Shown here: positions 33,639-42,228 of the stretch, piece by piece
Position numbering within the stretch: position 1 is the first letter of the stretch
How the letters are laid out: each line of letters starts with the position of its first letter
DNA from: Patescibacteria group bacterium
GTDB lineage: Bacteria > Patescibacteriota > Minisyncoccia > Minisyncoccales > UBA10102
Assembly (NCBI GenBank): GCA_022563395.1
Contig: JADFNM010000001.1
Location: 398,342 to 462,341, forward strand
DNA: 64,000 nucleotides
Direction: 5' to 3'
Notes under the pieces: model-generated
Database searches by the model: none
Seen by the model: only the letters and a program-made list of their open reading frames with translations
What the model was told of the DNA's origin: nothing
Program-made: the position numbers and the translations under genes

Positions 33639-33995
33639 TTATCCTACCAGAATATTCCTCAAAATATCGTCAAAACCTGCAGCCAAGAGAGCAATGGCAA
33701 TTCCTACTGCAGCATAAATGAGCTTTTGGCGCGCCGCAGTCACCTGGGCCGGGTCACCACCACCGGTCACAAACTGGAAGGCAGCCAAAATAATATAGAT
33801 GATTGACATTGCCAGGAAAATGGCAAAGACCCAATTGCCAATTAAGGCAATGCGGTCAAGCAGGTCAGCTCCCGTTTGTGGGCCTTCAGGAAGCCCATTG
33901 GTAGGGTGTTCTCCTCCATGAACAGCCATTGCTACCGGGGCTCCCACCATGACCAGCAGACTCACCGCTAGCATAATACCAAATACTATTTTCAT
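33639..33995 (-). CDS. TrbC/VirB2-like mini-pilin paralog 2 (no Cys-rich region)
   Basis: 118 aa with GNWVFAIFLAMSIIYIILAAFQFVTGGGDPAQVTAARQKLIYAAVGIAIALL. Confidence 0.7.
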   Translation of the reverse strand: MKIVFGIMLAVSLLVMVGAPVAMAVHGGEHPTNGLPEGPQTGADLLDRIALIGNWVFAIFLAMSIIYIILAAFQFVTGGGDPAQVTAARQKLIYAAVGIAIALLAAGFDDILRNILVG

Positions 33996-34027
33996 TCTTT
34001 TTGTTTATTGCTTCAATTATGTGAAAC

Positions 34028-34041
34028 CTCGACCTTTCTGT
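34028..34041 (-). promoter_or_regulatory. 14-nt motif ACAGAAAGGTCGAG, 32 nt upstream of the mini-pilin ATG
   Basis: It matches 12377-12390 exactly in sequence and in distance to the start codon. Confidence 0.4.
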
Positions 34042-34064
34042 ATCATAGCACCAAATGGGAATTG

Positions 34065-34502
34065 TTAAAACCCTATGATAGCCCGCAAGACCACAATCAG
34101 TCCTTTAGCCAGCAAGATAATCACAAATCCTACCGCAGTCCATAAAAGAATACGCTTGGCAGTAGAGATGCGCTCTGGGCTTCCTCCTGCCGTTACAAAC
34201 ATAATACCTGCCACCACTATCATAAGAGGGGTTAACAGCAAGGCAAAGTTAAAGAGAATGTCAAGAATGTTGTTTACAATACCAGTGAAGTTCTCGGTTT
34301 GAAGAGGATTGCAGATTTGAATCGTATCTTTTTCTTGGCACAGTCCCTGTGCTCCCTCCACAGCTCCCTGACAGACCAGATCTCCATCACAATTTGCATC
34401 CGTCTCACAAGCACCACACACCGGAGCAGCGTCTATTCTTTCAACAAAGCTTCCTCCAAACAAGAAAGCTATAAACACAACCAAAATCAGGGCCTTTTTC
34501 AT
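34065..34502 (-). CDS. TrbC/VirB2-like mini-pilin paralog 1 (most divergent)
   Basis: 145 aa with a signal peptide, a Cys-rich region (CGACETDANCDGDLVC) and LLLTPLMIVVAGIMFVTAGGSPERISTAKRILLWTAVGFVIILL. Confidence 0.65.
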   Translation of the reverse strand: MKKALILVVFIAFLFGGSFVERIDAAPVCGACETDANCDGDLVCQGAVEGAQGLCQEKDTIQICNPLQTENFTGIVNNILDILFNFALLLTPLMIVVAGIMFVTAGGSPERISTAKRILLWTAVGFVIILLAKGLIVVLRAIIGF

Positions 34503-34646
34503 ATTAGGTCATTGTACTTGGGAGGATAAGGTATAGCAACAGGGTTATCCACAATCCCAAAAACCTCCCGGCACCATTGACATATTGACGAATTATGATA
34601 TATTTCTGCACATAGAGAAAGAACAGAGAAAGAGGGGTGCAGCACA

Positions 34647-35645
34647 ATGAGGAGACACATGGGACTGATGGTTTTCTTGCTTGCCACTGTCTTCTTGATA
34701 GCGGCATGCGTAGAGGACCCGCAAGGACCCAAGGAAGACACCGGAGGAACAGACTCACGAGGACTGCAAGGAGAACCAGGGCCTCAAGGCATACAAGGAG
34801 AACCAGGAACTCAAGGAGTCCAAGGAGAACCAGGGCCTCAGGGCATACAAGGAGAACCAGGAACTCAAGGAGTCCAAGGAGAACCAGGGCCTCAGGGCAT
34901 ACAAGGAGAAGGAGGGGAGCCGGGGCCAAGGGGAGATAAAGGAGACAAAGGAGAGTCTCCAAGCGAAGATGAGCTCATTAAGCTCCTCAACCAGATAGTG
35001 AATCCTCCTATTCCAACCCCAGAACCCTTGGAGGGCTCCTATCAAGCTCCCAATCCTCGTTTCGTGTTTAGCTACACGACAAAAGATGACGAGGAGGAGA
35101 TAGGCGGATTAGACATCTACCTCATCTCAGACCCGGTCTTTGACCACCCTGGATGCCCTGCGCAAGCCGAAGTATTCGGCCAAAGTGCGAGAGGAGATAG
35201 CGTTCGATGCAGGTTTAATCCTTTACTCCTGCTTACGTGGGTCAAAGAATTCTCTCTGGCAAGCGAGCTTCCTGAAGAAGGTATGGAGTGGGGCGTATAC
35301 GCCACTCTCACGCCCTACCAGGAACCGTGGCCTGTGCCAGAAGAAGCACAAGGACCCAAACCCAGATTCCTCGTACAGCTTGAAGCGTTTGGGCAGGAAC
35401 ATTCAGGAAACATCCTGCTCACCGTATTCCCGAAAGGCAAAGAACCCACTCCTCGGTGTCCTGACCAGGCAGATAAAGGGAACATAATAACTGAGGGAGA
35501 AACTGAGTACTATCGTTGTATCGCGTCTCCTGTGGCCACGCTTGCGTGGCTCCAGAAGTTCTCCCTTGTTAAAGATCTCCCCCCTCGCGAGGAATGGGAG
35601 GAGACCTATGCCATCTTCCCTGCGATCTTCCCCTGGGAGACGTAA
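34647..35645 (+). CDS. collagen-triple-helix-repeat lipoprotein with duplicated C-terminal domain
   Basis: Lipobox FLIAAC, about 21 G-X-Y triplets (GLQGEPGPQGIQGEPGTQGVQ..), then two homologous ~95-aa modules (PNPRFVFSY..EPWPVPEE and PKPRFLVQL..IFPWE). Confidence 0.8.
   Translation: MRRHMGLMVFLLATVFLIAACVEDPQGPKEDTGGTDSRGLQGEPGPQGIQGEPGTQGVQGEPGPQGIQGEPGTQGVQGEPGPQGIQGEGGEPGPRGDKGDKGESPSEDELIKLLNQIVNPPIPTPEPLEGSYQAPNPRFVFSYTTKDDEEEIGGLDIYLISDPVFDHPGCPAQAEVFGQSARGDSVRCRFNPLLLLTWVKEFSLASELPEEGMEWGVYATLTPYQEPWPVPEEAQGPKPRFLVQLEAFGQEHSGNILLTVFPKGKEPTPRCPDQADKGNIITEGETEYYRCIASPVATLAWLQKFSLVKDLPPREEWEETYAIFPAIFPWET
34761..34952 (+). repeat. collagen-like G-X-Y coding repeat (54-bp unit x ~3)
   Basis: caaggagaaccagggcctcagggcatacaaggagaaccaggaactcaaggagtc is reiterated. 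Confidence 0.9.
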
Positions 35646-35659
35646 AAGAAGGCAACGCA

Positions 35660-35700
35660 AAAGGGGAGGCGTGCTACAGCATGCCTCCCCTTTCCTTTTC
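35660..35700. terminator. bidirectional terminator between the collagen-like gene and gyrA
   Basis: AAAGGGGAGGC-gtgctacagcat-GCCTCCCCTTTCCTTTTC. Confidence 0.7.
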
Positions 35701-38208
35701 CTACAAACTTGCGGCTGAGGCCACCTTGTCTTTCTCGTCAAGCCTCATGATTCTGACCCCTTGCGTAGAGCGGCTTATCTTTGCAATGTCTGCAATGGCA
35801 GTACGGATAACCTGGCCCTTTCTTGAAATAACAATAAGGTCTTCTTCCTCGCCAGAAAGCGCCTTGGCATACACCAGGTTTCCTGTTTTTGCGGTAATGT
35901 TTGCGGTTTTAATGCCAGACCCCCCTCTGGTTTGTACCCGGTATTCTTTTAAGGAAGTGCGCTTGCCATACCCATTTTCCGTGAGAATCAAAAGATAATC
36001 ACCCTCTTTTGGAAGCTTAGCTTCCAAGTCCTTGGAAGCTAAGCTTCCATTATTCCCAGCAATAACATCCATGCCAACCACCTCATCTCCCTTTTTTAAG
36101 CGAATGGCCCGGGTTCCGGCCGCGGTTCTGCCCATAGCCCGTGCATCTTTTTCCTTAAACCGAATAGACTGACCCTTTTTGGTAGTGACAATAATCTGGT
36201 CTTGTCCCGTACTCTTTCTCACAATTCTCAGTTCATCCCCTTTTTTTAAGGAAATTGCAATAAGGCCGGACTTTCTCACGTTCTTAAAATCTTCCAGCGG
36301 CGTCTTTTTGACAAGCCCGTCCTTGGTAGTCATAACCATATACTTTATGCCTTGCTCAGTATCCTTTTTCCCAAGGGCAAAGAGGTTAAGAACCTTGTCA
36401 TTTGAGCTCAGCTCAACAAAGTTTAACAGGCCACGGCCTTTTGCCACCCTGGTTCCTTCTGGAATCTCGTACACGGGCAGCTGAAACACCTTTCCAGAAT
36501 CGGTAAAGACCATTAAAGAATCGTGGGTATTGCAGTACAAAAAGTGCTCTACAATGTCGTCTGACACGGTCTTCATGCCAATAATGCCCTTGCCCCCTCT
36601 TTTTTGGAGCTTGTAGGTGGCAGGGTTGATGCGCTTTATATACCCACCCTGGGTTAAGGTAATAATGGTTTCTTCTTTTGCAACCAAATCTTCTTCTGCA
36701 ATCTCCCCCACCCCAGCAACTTGTACCCTGGTTCTCCGTTCATCCCCAAAGGTTTCTTTAGCGGCCGCAAACTCTTTTTTGATGACCTCATCTATTTTCT
36801 TTGAAGATGCCAAGGTGACAGTGAGTTCTTTAATCTTTACCCTCATTTCTTTTAACTCGTCTTCAATCTTTTTGCGCTCCAGCTTTGCCAGCTGGGCTAA
36901 TCTCATATCCAGAATGGCGTTTGCTTGAAGTTCCGAAAGCCTAAAGGCTTTTTGCAATTTGATCTTTGCGTCGTCGCGGTGTTGAGCTGCCCGAATAAGC
37001 TTAATAACTTTATCAATGTTTGCCAAACACTTGTGCAAACCTTCCAAAATGTGTGCTCGGTCCTTTGCCTGAGTCAGGTCATACCGGAGGCGGCGCTGCA
37101 CCACCTGACGCCGGTGCTCTATAAAATACTGGAGAATCTCAACCAAAGAAAGAACCTTGGGCTGAATGCCGTCTACCAAAGCTAAAAGGTTTACGTGAAA
37201 GGTCTTTTGAAAGTCAGAGAACTTGTACAGACGGTTTAAAATCTTTTGGGGGTAAGCATCTCTTTGCAGATCAAAAACAATTCTCATGCCGTCCTTGTCT
37301 GACTCATCTCGAATGTCGCGGATTCCGTCAATCTTTTTTTCCTGGACCAGCTTTGCAAACTGCTTTACCAAAGATGCCTTGTTCACCTGAAAAGGAATCT
37401 CGGTAATGATAATCTGGGGTTTCTTTTGGTCTTCTGTAATCTCTGCCTTTCCTCTCATTACAATTGGTCCCTTGCCCTGAGAATAGACAGCAATGATTTC
37501 TCGTTTATTGAAAATGGTGCCTCCGGTTGGAAAGTCTGGCCCTTTGATAAAAGAAAAGAGGTCTTCGGTGGTGGCTTTTTGGTGTTCAATTAAGAAGTTT
37601 AAGGCATCAATCAGTTCCCGTAAGTTATGGGGTGGGATATTGGTTGCCATGCCCACTGCAATTCCCAGGGTTCCGTTCAAAAGCAGCTGAGGCACGGGGG
37701 AGGGAAGCACCACGGGTTCTTTTCTGGTGCCGTCGTAGTTATCAACAAAATCCACCGTATCCTTGCCAATATCACGGAGCAGCTCTTCTCCTATCTTGGA
37801 CATTCTGGCTTCTGAGTAGCGCATGGCAGCCGCACTGTCCCCATCTATAGATCCAAAGTTTCCCTGCCCATCAATTAGAGGGTATCTTAATTCAAAATTC
37901 TGGGCCATGCGAACCAAAGAATCATAGACCGCGGTGTCTCCGTGCGGGTGATAGCGTCCCAAAGTACTTCCCACTACCGTAGCTGATTTTCGGTATTTTG
38001 CAGTATGTGTTAAACCGTCCTCGTGCATGGCAAACAAGATTCTGCGGTGCACAGGTTTTAAGCCGTCTCTCACATCGGGCAGGGCGCGAGCCACAATAAC
38101 AGACATTGCATAGTCCAAGTAGGACTCGCGCATCTCTTCCACGATTTCTCGGGGCTGAACCACACCTATTGCTGCCTTTTCTTCACTATTGTCCTTGGCT
38201 TTGGCCAT
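35701..38208 (-). CDS. gyrA: DNA gyrase subunit A
   Basis: 835 aa with [15 protein letters not shown], the active-site region [10 protein letters not shown] and C-terminal beta-pinwheel repeats. Confidence 0.95.
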   Translation of the reverse strand: MAKAKDNSEEKAAIGVVQPREIVEEMRESYLDYAMSVIVARALPDVRDGLKPVHRRILFAMHEDGLTHTAKYRKSATVVGSTLGRYHPHGDTAVYDSLVRMAQNFELRYPLIDGQGNFGSIDGDSAAAMRYSEARMSKIGEELLRDIGKDTVDFVDNYDGTRKEPVVLPSPVPQLLLNGTLGIAVGMATNIPPHNLRELIDALNFLIEHQKATTEDLFSFIKGPDFPTGGTIFNKREIIAVYSQGKGPIVMRGKAEITEDQKKPQIIITEIPFQVNKASLVKQFAKLVQEKKIDGIRDIRDESDKDGMRIVFDLQRDAYPQKILNRLYKFSDFQKTFHVNLLALVDGIQPKVLSLVEILQYFIEHRRQVVQRRLRYDLTQAKDRAHILEGLHKCLANIDKVIKLIRAAQHRDDAKIKLQKAFRLSELQANAILDMRLAQLAKLERKKIEDELKEMRVKIKELTVTLASSKKIDEVIKKEFAAAKETFGDERRTRVQVAGVGEIAEEDLVAKEETIITLTQGGYIKRINPATYKLQKRGGKGIIGMKTVSDDIVEHFLYCNTHDSLMVFTDSGKVFQLPVYEIPEGTRVAKGRGLLNFVELSSNDKVLNLFALGKKDTEQGIKYMVMTTKDGLVKKTPLEDFKNVRKSGLIAISLKKGDELRIVRKSTGQDQIIVTTKKGQSIRFKEKDARAMGRTAAGTRAIRLKKGDEVVGMDVIAGNNGSLASKDLEAKLPKEGDYLLILTENGYGKRTSLKEYRVQTRGGSGIKTANITAKTGNLVYAKALSGEEEDLIVISRKGQVIRTAIADIAKISRSTQGVRIMRLDEKDKVASAASL

Positions 38209-38452
38209 ATTCTTGTAGTTCTTTAAAAACCTCTTCTGGAATCTCTATCTCTTCAAATGCTGGGAATGTGAATTCTTCTTGCGTACGCTGTAGACTTTCT
38301 TTAAGCTCTTTTGGAACTTTGGGAAGAGAAACATTCTCTAGGGTTTCTTTAACATTCCTTCCCCACCAAAAAAAGAGCATGATTCCCAGCACCGCAACCA
38401 CCGCCCACAGAATCACTTTGCGCTGCTTTACTGGGAGCTCTTGAATCTTCAT
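38186..38452 (-). CDS. small membrane protein (unknown)
   Basis: 88-aa ORF with one TM ([18 protein letters not shown]). It overlaps the gyrA start by 23 nt and the stop of the upstream gene by 4 nt. Confidence 0.45.
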   Translation of the reverse strand: MKIQELPVKQRKVILWAVVAVLGIMLFFWWGRNVKETLENVSLPKVPKELKESLQRTQEEFTFPAFEEIEIPEEVFKELQEYGQSQGQ

Positions 38453-39111
38453 TGCGGCTTTAAGACCACAATCTCTGCTTCTTCTTTTTCTCCTGCAACA
38501 TCCTTTGCTTTCAAGCTAAGCTTTCCTTGGGGTTCAAGTCCCTTTTTGCCCATTGCGCGCAAAAACTCTTCTACCGGGGCCAACTTTACCTTAAGTTTTG
38601 GCAAAGCGTAGTGCATGGGAATGATAATGTTGGGTTCAATTTGCGAAATGATTTTTCCTGCGTCCTTGCCGTTGATAGTATACGTGCCCCCAACCGGAAT
38701 CAGTAACACGTTAACCTGCCCGATCCTTTCTACCTGCTCTGGGGTCAGTTCCTTTTGCCCAAAATCACCCATATGACACAAGGTAATACCTTCTGCAGAA
38801 ATGGTGTATACCGTGTTTGAGCCACGTTCTTTTCCCTCAACATCGTCATGAAAGGTTGCAATTCCCTGCACAAACACTGATTTTGCCTCGTACTCTCCTG
38901 GAGAATCAATAACAAAGGGATCTCCTTTTGCAACCTTCACATTGTTATGGTCAAAGTGGCCGTGCGTGACCAGTACAATATCTGCCTCCTGGGGAGGCAG
39001 TTTCAATCCGAGGGAATCTTCAAAGGGATCAATGAGAATCTTTATCTGCTCCTGCTTCCCTCGCGAGGTGGTAATGTGAAAGCAGGCCTGGCCTTTCCAC
39101 ACGATCTGCAT
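38449..39111 (-). CDS. MBL-fold metal-dependent hydrolase (UPF0173-like)
   Basis: MQIVWKGQACFHI.. and VLVTHGHFDHNN (HxHxDH). The start is placed at the internal Met 39111. Confidence 0.8.
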   Translation of the reverse strand: MQIVWKGQACFHITTSRGKQEQIKILIDPFEDSLGLKLPPQEADIVLVTHGHFDHNNVKVAKGDPFVIDSPGEYEAKSVFVQGIATFHDDVEGKERGSNTVYTISAEGITLCHMGDFGQKELTPEQVERIGQVNVLLIPVGGTYTINGKDAGKIISQIEPNIIIPMHYALPKLKVKLAPVEEFLRAMGKKGLEPQGKLSLKAKDVAGEKEEAEIVVLKPQ

Positions 39112-39305
39112 AATATGTCTATTATGTGCCGGCTGGCACAAATGATACTTACCTTAAATATCTAATCTACAAGTACCATTATAACAAAATTAAGTATTTT
39201 TGCAAACTAAGAAGCATTGGCCCAGCATCACTTTTAGAAGAAATTCATGGAGTAAAGGTGATGCTGGATTGACAAAATTGATGATAATAGTGTAAAGTGT
39301 AGGAC

Positions 39306-40427
39306 ATGCAAACTATGCAAGGAAGAACACCAGAAAAGCTGGAGATGCTGCGTCCGTTTCGAGTAGGAGACATTGTAGAGGGCATTGTCATTGGCATTGG
39401 AAGATCGTCTGTGTACTTAAACTTGGGCCCTCGGGGGACCGGCATTATCTTCGGCCGGGAGTTTTTGGAAGAAAAAGATCAGCTCAAAGGCGTGAAGAAA
39501 GAAGACACGGTTACCGCCAAAATCGTAGAGTTGGAAAACGAGGATGGATACATTGAGCTCTCCTTGCGGGAAGCAGGCCGAGAACTCGCCTGGCAAAAAC
39601 TCAAGGAACAAAAAGCGACAGAAGAACTCCTGAAGGTGAAAATCATAGGGGCAAACAAAGGAGGCCTTTTAGCTGATGTCTTTGGTATGCAGGCTTTTCT
39701 GCCTGTATCCCAACTTTCCCAAGAGCACTACCCAAAGGTGGAAGACGGGGACTCCATAAAAATCCTCCAGGCCTTGCAAGCTTTCATGGGAGAAGAGCTT
39801 GAGGTTGAAATCTTTGACCTGGATCCCAAGGAAGGAAAAGTCATACTTTCAGAACGCTCAAAGGAACGAAGAAAGGTAAGAGAAATCCTATCTCAGTACA
39901 AGGTAGGAGACGTGGTGGAGGGTGAGATTACCGGCGTGGTTGATTTTGGGGCTTTTGTGAAGTTTGGGGCCAAGGGAGAGGAGATTGAGGGATTGATTCA
40001 CATTTCAGAGATTGACTGGCAAATCATTGAAGACCCTTCCTTGTTTTTAAAGGTTGGGGACCGGGTGAAGGCTCAAATCATTGACATTTCAAACGGCAGG
40101 GCATCCCTTTCCTTAAAGACCTTAAAAGAAGACCCTTGGAAAGAGGCGGCCAAAAAGTACCAGAAAGGAGACGAGGTACAAGGCACGGTAACCAAGCTCA
40201 ACCCCTTTGGTACCTTTGTGGAAATCGAACCCAAGATCCAGGGGTTGTGTCACATCTCAGAGTTTGGAACAAGAAAGGCAATGGAAAAAGCACTGGGCGT
40301 GGGAGCTACCTTAAAGTTTCAAATCTTGGAGATTAATCCTGAAGAACACCGAATGTCTCTCAGGCTCGCCGGGCAAGAACCCGTCGCAGCAGCAGAATCA
40401 AAAGAGCAGACGAAAGAGCCAAGCTAA
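39306..40427 (+). CDS. rpsA: 30S ribosomal protein S1 (four S1 domains)
   Basis: Repeated S1 OB-fold units (GDIVEGIVIGI.., GDVVEGEITGVVDFGAFVKF.., GDRVKAQIIDIS.., GDEVQGTVTKLNPFGTFVEI..). Confidence 0.85.
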   Translation: MQTMQGRTPEKLEMLRPFRVGDIVEGIVIGIGRSSVYLNLGPRGTGIIFGREFLEEKDQLKGVKKEDTVTAKIVELENEDGYIELSLREAGRELAWQKLKEQKATEELLKVKIIGANKGGLLADVFGMQAFLPVSQLSQEHYPKVEDGDSIKILQALQAFMGEELEVEIFDLDPKEGKVILSERSKERRKVREILSQYKVGDVVEGEITGVVDFGAFVKFGAKGEEIEGLIHISEIDWQIIEDPSLFLKVGDRVKAQIIDISNGRASLSLKTLKEDPWKEAAKKYQKGDEVQGTVTKLNPFGTFVEIEPKIQGLCHISEFGTRKAMEKALGVGATLKFQILEINPEEHRMSLRLAGQEPVAAAESKEQTKEPS

Positions 40428-41076
40428 AAGCAAGAAACGCAGGAGGACTAAACACCGATTCTTTAGAGAAAGATCCAGCTGGGTCTTTTTTGTTTGCAAA
40501 AGAAGAAAGATTGGCAACTAATTCTTTAAACCCTTCACTGTTCTGACTTTTTGGAGTTCCACCCACTTTTGCGCTCGTCTGCCAGGCCTCCGCTAAAGTT
40601 TCGGCCTGCAAAACACCCGTCCGCTCCATGGTGCGTTTGGTTTCATTGTTTCCAGCTGGCCAGCCGTCCTGCGCGTCAATTTCATCGATAATGTTCCCAA
40701 CCCCGTCTTTCAACGCCACCCTCATACCATTATTCAAAAACTTCCCTCCAAGGTTTGCATAGTTCACATCAGCATTTGGAATCTTGTCATGAGCCGCAAC
40801 CAGAAAATATCCACCTTGAAAAATGGTGCCGGCAAGAGGAATCACGAAATACAATTCATCTTGCCGATACAGCTCAACATTCCATCCATCCAACAAAAAT
40901 GGAACATCCTTTGTATTGTGCAGTTCCAACCATTCGTAGCGCCAATACTGGTTTGCATCCACCCCGTCCACAGATGAACCCATCCATGCTATCTCGTTTA
41001 TGAGAACCGAAGAATCCTGCTGAGCAAGCACAACGCTGGGTAAAAATAGCAAGACAAGGAGAATCATAAATGCCAT
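40360..41076 (-). CDS. lamin-tail-domain (LTD) protein with C-terminal membrane anchor
   Basis: Signal peptide, VLINEIAWMGS..YEWLELHN..V.L.GW.L, and a C-terminal TM. The 3' end overlaps the rpsA 3' end by 68 nt. Confidence 0.7.
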   Translation of the reverse strand: MAFMILLVLLFLPSVVLAQQDSSVLINEIAWMGSSVDGVDANQYWRYEWLELHNTKDVPFLLDGWNVELYRQDELYFVIPLAGTIFQGGYFLVAAHDKIPNADVNYANLGGKFLNNGMRVALKDGVGNIIDEIDAQDGWPAGNNETKRTMERTGVLQAETLAEAWQTSAKVGGTPKSQNSEGFKELVANLSSFANKKDPAGSFSKESVFSPPAFLAFSLALSSALLILLLRRVLARRA

Positions 41077-41089
41077 ATCTGCATTATAT

Positions 41090-41131
41090 CCTTAATCTCG
41101 TTAAGTTATCCACACCTAAATTTCATTTAGG
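41090..41131. repeat. AT-type palindromes CCTTAATCTCGTTAAG .. CCTAAATTTCATTTAGG
   Basis: Same family. A further imperfect copy, CCTTAATTTCATTAGG, lies at 41184-41199. Confidence 0.8.
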
Positions 41132-41219
41132 CACACAGCGATAGGTTTAATTGTATTGCCTAAGCTTAGCTTGGTTTTCCACTCCTTAATTTCATTAGGG
41201 ATATATGCGGAGCGAGAGC

Positions 41220-41248
41220 TTGACAAATATAGAATAAAATGGTATAAA
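41220..41248 (+). promoter_or_regulatory. sigma70-type promoter TTGACA-17 nt-TATAAA (TG-extended)
   Basis: TTGACA at 41220-41225, a 17-nt spacer ending ..aTGg, and TATAAA at 41243-41248. An AGGAGG (41291-41296) and GTG (41303) follow. Confidence 0.6.
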
Positions 41249-41302
41249 TACACCCAGTACGAGGGTCCAAACTTAGCCCTCGACAAGGTAGGAGGTGCTC
41301 CA

Positions 41303-42124
41303 GTGGATGCATTTGGAGTGGCTGTCCTGACAAAAGGACAACAGGGAAGAGTCTTCGGCGGTCCCGGGTACAGAGGATGTTCGCTGAGTGTCGCTGGACG
41401 CCCCGATGTCATCGACATCAGGGTCCGGGCCAAGGGCAATGGGATCACCCCCATCGCCATCTACGGAGGCCAGCCCTTCGAGTACGCAGAGGACATGGAG
41501 TTCCTGCTCCAGGTCCCTGTGCAGTGGAAGCAGCAAGGAAACGTCTGGGTCCCTCACACGCGAGAGCGTGGGAAGGACAATGTGGACATCATCCTGCTGG
41601 ACTCCAACCTGCGCTTCAAGGATGTGCAGGTATCCCTGCTCTCTCGCAAGGGCCGCTTCTACGTCGTGGTCCAGGAGGTCTATGCAGGGTGGATACGGGT
41701 TGTGGAAGACGAGGTCCGCTTCGTCCCCAGCAACCCGATCTACGCCTACCCGGACGCAGACTACCGGGAAACCTGGAGAGGCATGGGCAACGTCCTCGCC
41801 ACCATGGCTAGGGTCGTCAACGGAGTCCTCGACACGATGGGGGGGACGCCGCTGGAAGAGCCCACGCCGGCGGTGTGGGAACCCAAGGAGGTCCCCAACC
41901 AGGATGGGTGGAAGAGGGGCCATGTGCTCTTCTTCAACCCAATCACGAACACGGGACGCTTGCTCGGAGAGGACGGTATCACATACCACCTCTTCGGCAA
42001 CGACCTCGTGGGTGTGCAGGGCGAGGTACACATGGTGGCTGCCATGGCCGCCGTGTACTTCCGTCCCGGGGAGCAGAAGGAGGGACAGGGCTACCCGCCG
42101 GTCCGTTCCTGTAAGCCAGCCTAG
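41303..42124 (+). CDS. GC-rich gene of unknown function (possible C-terminal cold-shock/OB-like module)
   Basis: The start is set at GTG 41303, 7 nt after AGGAGG, because the track ORF start at 41156 lies upstream of the predicted promoter. The C-terminus RGHVLFFNPITNTGRLLGEDGITYHLFGNDL loosely follows the CspA pattern G.V..FN....G.I...DG...F.H. Confidence 0.6.
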   Translation: MDAFGVAVLTKGQQGRVFGGPGYRGCSLSVAGRPDVIDIRVRAKGNGITPIAIYGGQPFEYAEDMEFLLQVPVQWKQQGNVWVPHTRERGKDNVDIILLDSNLRFKDVQVSLLSRKGRFYVVVQEVYAGWIRVVEDEVRFVPSNPIYAYPDADYRETWRGMGNVLATMARVVNGVLDTMGGTPLEEPTPAVWEPKEVPNQDGWKRGHVLFFNPITNTGRLLGEDGITYHLFGNDLVGVQGEVHMVAAMAAVYFRPGEQKEGQGYPPVRSCKPA

Positions 42125-42138
42125 GCCGCGAAGCGCAA

Positions 42139-42196
42139 GGGGTCCGGGGAGCGATTCTCTCGTAGAATCGTCTGTCCCCGGACCCTTCTTTGTTTT
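42139..42196 (+). terminator. strong rho-independent terminator
   Basis: GGGGTCCGGGGA..(nested GATTCT-ctcgt-AGAATC)..TCCCCGGACCC followed by TTCTTTGTTTTC. Confidence 0.8.
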
Positions 42197-42228
42197 CATA
42201 AACCCCTCATTTCCTCTATACTAACCAA

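Noticed and set aside
34504-35045. ORFs antisense to, or out of frame with, the collagen repeat (152 aa, 100 aa, 96 aa).
   Set aside because: The periodic G-X-Y coding repeat keeps other frames open. Their sequences are repeat echoes (LVLLGLLEF.., RRTRASGHT..).
41273-42224. Long ORFs antisense to, or out of frame with, the GC-rich gene (308 aa minus strand; 278 aa and 144 aa plus strand).
   Set aside because: High GC content depletes stop codons in all frames. These translations are Arg/Pro/Gly-rich low-complexity sequence with no start signals. The frame chosen has AGGAGG-GTG, a promoter and a terminator.
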